Below, piece after piece: positions 59,465 to 64,000 of a DNA stretch of 64,000 nt; the stretch's first letter is position 1, and every line of letters starts with the position of its first letter. Source of the DNA: an uncultured Oscillospiraceae bacterium (lineage in GTDB: Bacteria; Bacillota; Clostridia; Oscillospirales; Ruminococcaceae). The position numbers and the translations under genes are program-made. Below the pieces are notes generated by a model. It saw only the letters and a program-made list of their open reading frames with translations, was not told the DNA's origin and made no database searches. The stretch is from positions 1,804-65,803 of the forward strand of contig CAYJGG010000003.1 of NCBI GenBank assembly GCA_964369915.1, read 5' to 3'.

Positions 59465-60490
59465 TTATCCAAAAATTCTTGACACATCACTAAAAGTTAC
59501 AAACAACATAAACGACATTAATAGTATAAATCCTGCTGCATTAACAAATATTTCATATTTTTGTGGCACTGGTTTTCCTCTAATTAATTCGATGAGTAAA
59601 AATACTAATCTTCCCCCGTCTAAAGCAGGAAAAGGAATTAGATTAAATACTCCTAAATTTATTGTTATCATAGCTAGTATGACTAAAACACTATACCAGC
59701 CATAGCTTACTGCATCACTAATAGTTGAAACTATTCCAACAGGTCCTGAAATTTGATTTACTTCAACATTTCCTGTAACTAAATCAATAAAACTTAAAAA
59801 TACCATTCTAGTTATACTAATCGTCCAATTAAAAGATTCTTCTAAAACAGTGAATACCGTTTTTTCTATTGGTAAAACTGTAAAATCAATTACCATTTGC
59901 ATATATCCGCTATCGTCTGTATAGGTATCAAATTTTATATCAATATCTTGTTTTTCACCATCTCTTAAAACAGTGAACACTGCTTCTCCATTTTGAGTTC
60001 TTGCAAATTCATAGAAAATATCATTTACAACATAGCACTTTCTTCCATTAACAGCAACAATTTCATCGCCCACCATTAATCCAGATTCTTGCGTAGCTGA
60101 ATTTTCATAAAAACTTGAAATTGTTTTGCTTGTTATTAAATCTTCACCATTAACTAAAATTGTTAAAACAAAAAATCCTAAAACTAAATTCATAAAAGCA
60201 CCAGCTGCTAAAACTATTATTCTATTCAAAATAGGCGCTTTATTAAATGATCTTTCATTATCACTTTCTTCGTCTTCGCCTTCCATAGCAACAAATCCGC
60301 CCATTGGAAATAAACGAATAGAATACGCTGTTTCACCTTTTGTGATTGAAAATAGTTTTGGTCCCATACCAATGCTAAATTCATTAACTTTTATCCCACT
60401 TTTTTTAGCCGCTATAAAATGCCCAAGTTCATGAACAAATATAACTATCCCAAAAATAAATAGCGCAACTATAATACCAAAAATCCCCAT
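59465..60490 (-). CDS. rseP: RIP site-2 zinc metalloprotease RseP/RasP (M50)
   Basis: 341 aa. HELGH in TM1, a PDZ region, and NLIPFPALDGG in the C-terminal TM segment. Confidence 0.92.
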   Translation of the reverse strand: MGIFGIIVALFIFGIVIFVHELGHFIAAKKSGIKVNEFSIGMGPKLFSITKGETAYSIRLFPMGGFVAMEGEDEESDNERSFNKAPILNRIIVLAAGAFMNLVLGFFVLTILVNGEDLITSKTISSFYENSATQESGLMVGDEIVAVNGRKCYVVNDIFYEFARTQNGEAVFTVLRDGEKQDIDIKFDTYTDDSGYMQMVIDFTVLPIEKTVFTVLEESFNWTISITRMVFLSFIDLVTGNVEVNQISGPVGIVSTISDAVSYGWYSVLVILAMITINLGVFNLIPFPALDGGRLVFLLIELIRGKPVPQKYEIFVNAAGFILLMSFMLFVTFSDVSRIFG

Positions 60491-60530
60491 TAATTATTTT
60501 TCCTTTCATGATAAATCTCTTGATTTATCG

Positions 60531-61679
60531 CTATAAAATTTGCATATCAACAAATTCTCTAGCTTTTTTATCTATCTCAAATACTTCTTCTAATGTATAT
60601 TCTTCACTTAAATTAAAATGCTCAATACTTTTATAAACAATCTTTCCAATATCAGCAAATTTTATTTTATCATTTAAAAATAATTCAACTGCTCTTTCAT
60701 TTGCACCATTAACTAAACAAGGATACAATCCACCTTTATTAATAGCTTCAATGGCAGCTTTTAGACATAAAAAAGTGTCTGTATCAGCTTTATGGAATGT
60801 TAAATCACCCATACTAAAAAAATCTAATTGCTTGGCATTGCTTTCATATCTATTAGGATATGTTATCGCATATTGAATTGGAATTTGCATATCAGGAGTT
60901 CCCATTTGCGCAATTATACTATTATCAGAAAATTCAACAGCCGAATGAATAATACTTTGCCTGTGAACAACTATATCGATATCTTTTTCTTTCATATCAA
61001 AAAGCCAAGCCGCTTCGATTAATTCTAAGCCTTTATTCATTAAAGTTGCAGAATCTATTGTTATCTTACTTCCCATTTCCCAGTTTGGGTGCTTTAATGC
61101 CTGCTTTTTAGTAACATCTAATAGCATTTCACTCGTGTATCCAAAGAAAGGTCCACCAGAGGCTGTTAAAATTATTCTTTTTAAGCTTTTTGCAGAATGT
61201 TTATCTTGCATACATTGAAAAATCGCCGAATGTTCGCTGTCGACTGGAAGTAGTTTTACGCCATTTTTTTTAGCAGCATCCATAACTAATTTACCACCAG
61301 TTACAAGGCTCTCTTTATTTGCAAGCGCAACATCTTTTTTTGTGTTTAAGGCTGTTAAAGTTGCCCTTAGTCCGGCAATTCCAACAACGGCATTTAATAC
61401 TAAAGCATCGCTTTCAATGCTAGCTAATTTTTCAAGCCCGTCTTTTCCTATATAAACTTTTGCTTTACAATTATTATTTTGTGCTAAAAATTCATTCGCA
61501 GACACTTCATCAGTTATGCAAATGAATTTAGGTGAAAACTCTTTAACTTGTTCACTTAAGAGTTTTATATTTTTATTAGCCGAAAGAGCTAAAACATTTA
61601 TATTATGTTTTTTACAAACTTCTAAACTTTGAGTTCCTATTGAACCTGTACTGCCTAGAATAATAATATTTTTATACAT
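60531..61679 (-). CDS. dxr: 1-deoxy-D-xylulose-5-phosphate reductoisomerase
   Basis: NADPH motif GSTGSIGTQ lies directly after the ATG at 61679, 2 nt past the cdsA stop. The ORF track's 15-codon upstream extension overlaps cdsA and is unlikely. Confidence 0.95.
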   Translation of the reverse strand: MYKNIIILGSTGSIGTQSLEVCKKHNINVLALSANKNIKLLSEQVKEFSPKFICITDEVSANEFLAQNNNCKAKVYIGKDGLEKLASIESDALVLNAVVGIAGLRATLTALNTKKDVALANKESLVTGGKLVMDAAKKNGVKLLPVDSEHSAIFQCMQDKHSAKSLKRIILTASGGPFFGYTSEMLLDVTKKQALKHPNWEMGSKITIDSATLMNKGLELIEAAWLFDMKEKDIDIVVHRQSIIHSAVEFSDNSIIAQMGTPDMQIPIQYAITYPNRYESNAKQLDFFSMGDLTFHKADTDTFLCLKAAIEAINKGGLYPCLVNGANERAVELFLNDKIKFADIGKIVYKSIEHFNLSEEYTLEEVFEIDKKAREFVDMQIL

Positions 61680-62559
61680 TAAATATTCCCCCAGCCGAAA
61701 CAATAAATCCAGACACCGTAGCAATTACAAAAGGAGCTACTAATAAAACACTATCAAACCTATCTAAAACGCCGCCGTGCCCTGGCATAATATTTCCATA
61801 ATCTTTAATTCCAACCTGTCTTTTTATTGCAGAGGCGAATAAATCTCCAATTATCCCAATACATGAGCCTATAACAGCAACCACTGTAATTATAATAATT
61901 AATTGTGTTGATATTTCGTATACTTCACTCGAGTTATCTATCGTAGGTTTAATTAGATAATAAATATATAAAAATAAATTTGAGAATATCGCTGAACCTA
62001 AAACTCCACCAACAGCCCCTTCTTTAGTTTTCTTAGGGCTTAGTTTTGGAGCAAGTTTATTTTTCCCAAAGAAATATCCTGCAAAGTATGCCGATGTATC
62101 TCCACCCCATGAAATAGCAGCTATAAAAGAAAAAACAAACGCTGCGTCAGAGCCAAAAATACTATAAGGCATCATAGTTTTTAAATTAACTATTGAAAAA
62201 ATTCCAAACAAAACAAATAAACCAAACGCAAAATTAGTTGAAACATTTCTAAAGCTAATTTTTTCAAATTGGAAAACTATTATAAAAGCATATGATAATA
62301 TAAATAGTGTGCATAAAATATAAAATGGCACATTTAAATACTGATTCATTAATACTACACAGCCAAAAATTCCAAGAGTAATATTAACAAAAATTGAGTT
62401 ATCTTCTTTATATGCTCCTGATATTTCATAAACTGCAATTAAGTAAATTAAAGCACATATTATATTAAAAATAATACTATCAAATTGTGATATTACTAAT
62501 ACTGCTAGTATTATCCCTATAATTCCCGATAATGATCGTTGTTTCATTTTGTTCTCCAT
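61672..62559 (-). CDS. cdsA: Phosphatidate cytidylyltransferase
   Basis: 295 aa, polytopic. CTP-transferase signature SAIKRQVGIKDYGNIMPGHGGVLDRFDS. Confidence 0.92.
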   Translation of the reverse strand: MENKMKQRSLSGIIGIILAVLVISQFDSIIFNIICALIYLIAVYEISGAYKEDNSIFVNITLGIFGCVVLMNQYLNVPFYILCTLFILSYAFIIVFQFEKISFRNVSTNFAFGLFVLFGIFSIVNLKTMMPYSIFGSDAAFVFSFIAAISWGGDTSAYFAGYFFGKNKLAPKLSPKKTKEGAVGGVLGSAIFSNLFLYIYYLIKPTIDNSSEVYEISTQLIIIITVVAVIGSCIGIIGDLFASAIKRQVGIKDYGNIMPGHGGVLDRFDSVLLVAPFVIATVSGFIVSAGGIFNV

Positions 62560-62574
62560 TTAAAATAAATTTAT

Positions 62575-63273
62575 TTAAACTCCACCGAATCTTCTGTTTC
62601 TATTATTAAATTCTTCAATAGCTTTATCTAAATCTTGCCTTGTAAAATCTGGCCATAAAACATCCATATAAACAAATTCAGCATATGCGCTTTGCCATAA
62701 TAAAAAATTAGATATTCTTTTTTCTCCACTTGGACGAAGAATAAAATCCGGATCATGCTGATTTTTTGTGTATAAAAAACTTGAAAAAACTTCTTGTGTT
62801 ATATTTTCAATATCTAAATTATTTTCCTTAACTTCTTTTGCAATTAGTTTAGTGGCGTTTAAAATCTCATTTCTTGCCCCATAATTTAATGCAATATTTA
62901 AAATCATACCATCTCTATTTTTGGTTTTTTCTTCTATTTCAAACATTAAATCTTGTAATTCATTATTAAAAGCAGATTTATCCCCTAGAAAAATAACTCT
63001 ATTATTTTCTTTTTCATAATCAAATGCTGTTATAAGATATTCTTTTAATAAATTCATTATTCCAGAAACTTCTTCTAAAGGTCTTTTCCAATTTTCAGTT
63101 GAAAATGCGTAAAAAGTAACAGATTTTAATCCTAATTCATTACAATACCTTGTGATATCTTGAAAAACTTCTGCACCTTTTTTATGCCCCATATTTCTAG
63201 GAAGCATACGCTTTTTTGCCCATCTTCCATTACCGTCCATTATTATTCCAATATGATTTGGTATATTTTGCAT
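62575..63273 (-). CDS. uppS: Undecaprenyl diphosphate synthase
   Basis: 232 aa. Motif IIMDGNGRWA and the cis-prenyltransferase C-terminal region (RISNFLLWQ). Confidence 0.95.
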   Translation of the reverse strand: MQNIPNHIGIIMDGNGRWAKKRMLPRNMGHKKGAEVFQDITRYCNELGLKSVTFYAFSTENWKRPLEEVSGIMNLLKEYLITAFDYEKENNRVIFLGDKSAFNNELQDLMFEIEEKTKNRDGMILNIALNYGARNEILNATKLIAKEVKENNLDIENITQEVFSSFLYTKNQHDPDFILRPSGEKRISNFLLWQSAYAEFVYMDVLWPDFTRQDLDKAIEEFNNRNRRFGGV

Positions 63274-63284
63274 CTCTCTTACCT

Positions 63285-63316
63285 CTTAAAAAAATTAAAG
63301 GGCAATTGCCCTTTAA
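63285..63316 (-). terminator. Intrinsic terminator/attenuator between frr and uppS
   Basis: Perfect palindrome TTAAAGGGCAATTGCCCTTTAA (9-bp stem, 4-nt loop) followed on the minus strand by UUUUUUU, then the uppS SD. Confidence 0.75.
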
Positions 63317-63343
63317 TTATAAATTTCTGTTTTAGGCACTTAA

Positions 63344-63889
63344 TTATAGTTCCATAACTTCTTTTGTTTTTACAGCTGCAATTGAATCAATTTCTTTAAT
63401 CATTTTATCTGTGATTTTTTGCACTTGTTCTTCTAATGATTTTAAATCATCTTCTGTGATTTCGCTTGCTTTTTTCGCTGCTTTAAATTTATCCATTGCA
63501 TCACGTCTAACGTTTCTCACTGCAACTTTTGATTCTTCTGCCATTTTTGAAACATCTTTTGTTAATGCTTTTCTTCTTTCCTCTGTTGGAGGCGGGAAAT
63601 TTAATCTAATTGCTTGCCCATCATCAATAGGATTAATTCCAATATCAGATGTTTGGATAGCCTTAACTATTGGGCTAATTAAAGTTTTATCCCATGGTGA
63701 TATTAGTAAAGTTCTAGCTTCTGAAACTGAAACAGATGCAACTTGGTTTATTGCAGTTGGAGTTCCATAATAATCAACTGTAACTTTATCTAGTATTGCA
63801 GGATTTGCTCTTCCTGCTCTAATTGAGGTATATTCTTGTTCTAAATGCTTAATAGCACTTTTCATTCTTTCTTCATATGATTTTGTCAT
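63344..63889 (-). CDS. frr: Ribosome recycling factor
   Basis: 181 aa. Conserved throughout (RAGRANPAILD, IRLNFPPPTEERR). Confidence 0.96.
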   Translation of the reverse strand: MTKSYEERMKSAIKHLEQEYTSIRAGRANPAILDKVTVDYYGTPTAINQVASVSVSEARTLLISPWDKTLISPIVKAIQTSDIGINPIDDGQAIRLNFPPPTEERRKALTKDVSKMAEESKVAVRNVRRDAMDKFKAAKKASEITEDDLKSLEEQVQKITDKMIKEIDSIAAVKTKEVMEL

Positions 63890-63925
63890 AATAAGTTTCC
63901 CTTTCTAGTTTTTAATTTATACTAA

Positions 63926-64000
63926 TTATTCTTTAACTAAAGTTCCTATTTTTTCACCTTTTAACGCTCTACTAATATTATCATCTTTTAAATCAAACAC
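63926..64000 (-). CDS. pyrH: UMP kinase, C-terminal 24 codons only (truncated by the window edge)
   Basis: Reverse translation gives ...VFDLKDDNISRALKGEKIGTLVKE*, which resembles a PyrH C-terminus. Canonical pyrH-frr synteny. Confidence 0.7.
   Translation of the reverse strand: MFDLKDDNISRALKGEKIGTLVKE

Noticed and set aside
60510-60529. Small hairpin GATAAATC-tctt-GATTTATC between dxr and rseP
   Set aside because: It has only 8 AU-rich base pairs and no U-tail on the coding strand, so I cannot assign it a function.

Overview
This is a visibly AT-rich, very gene-dense stretch of core chromosome from a low-GC, endospore-forming Firmicute with Clostridia-type gene order. I cannot assign a species from sequence alone. 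I call about 62 protein genes, and all but three are on the minus strand in long polycistronic runs, many with overlapping stop/start codons. From high to low coordinates (the direction of transcription) the runs are:
- pyrH(partial)-frr-uppS-cdsA-dxr-rseP-ispG-polC, a TIM-barrel isomerase, then a small ORF plus nrdR.
- A short strand-switched island: a DUF421 gene plus a small anchored protein on plus, a gerA-type germinant receptor operon on minus, and a GT4 glycosyltransferase on plus.
- hprK, a PHP phosphatase, murB-rapZ-whiA-dnaE-pfkA, yunB, ligA-gatCAB, ade, a methyltransferase, purC-purF-purB and a YgjP-like peptidase.
- The complete spoIIIAA-AH operon, asp23-nusB, a TsaD-like gene, xseAB-ispA, a DUF212 gene, dxs-tlyA-nadK-argR-recN, tyrS behind a T-box, a metallophosphoesterase, and tig-clpP-clpX-lon-engB.

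The only RNA element I can support is a canonical tyrosine (UAC) T-box leader upstream of tyrS. I also mark several sigmaA-like promoters and intrinsic terminators read directly from the sequence.

I found no rRNA or tRNA genes, no CRISPR array, no transposase, integrase or phage genes, and no recognisable defence or toxin-antitoxin modules. No intergenic gap exceeds about 320 bp. I therefore do not see a convincing novel multi-gene system here, and the window looks like ordinary housekeeping plus sporulation DNA. The findings are modest:
- Unusually short B and C subunits in the Ger receptor, and its divergent DUF421 partner genes.
- A TsaD/Kae1 paralogue coupled to xseA.
- A PHP phosphatase in the position B. 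subtilis uses for ppaX.
- rapZ-whiA without yvcK.
- A structured lon leader.
- An operator-like palindrome upstream of the small-ORF/nrdR pair.

All functional calls rest on motif and family recognition by eye. No database search was run.
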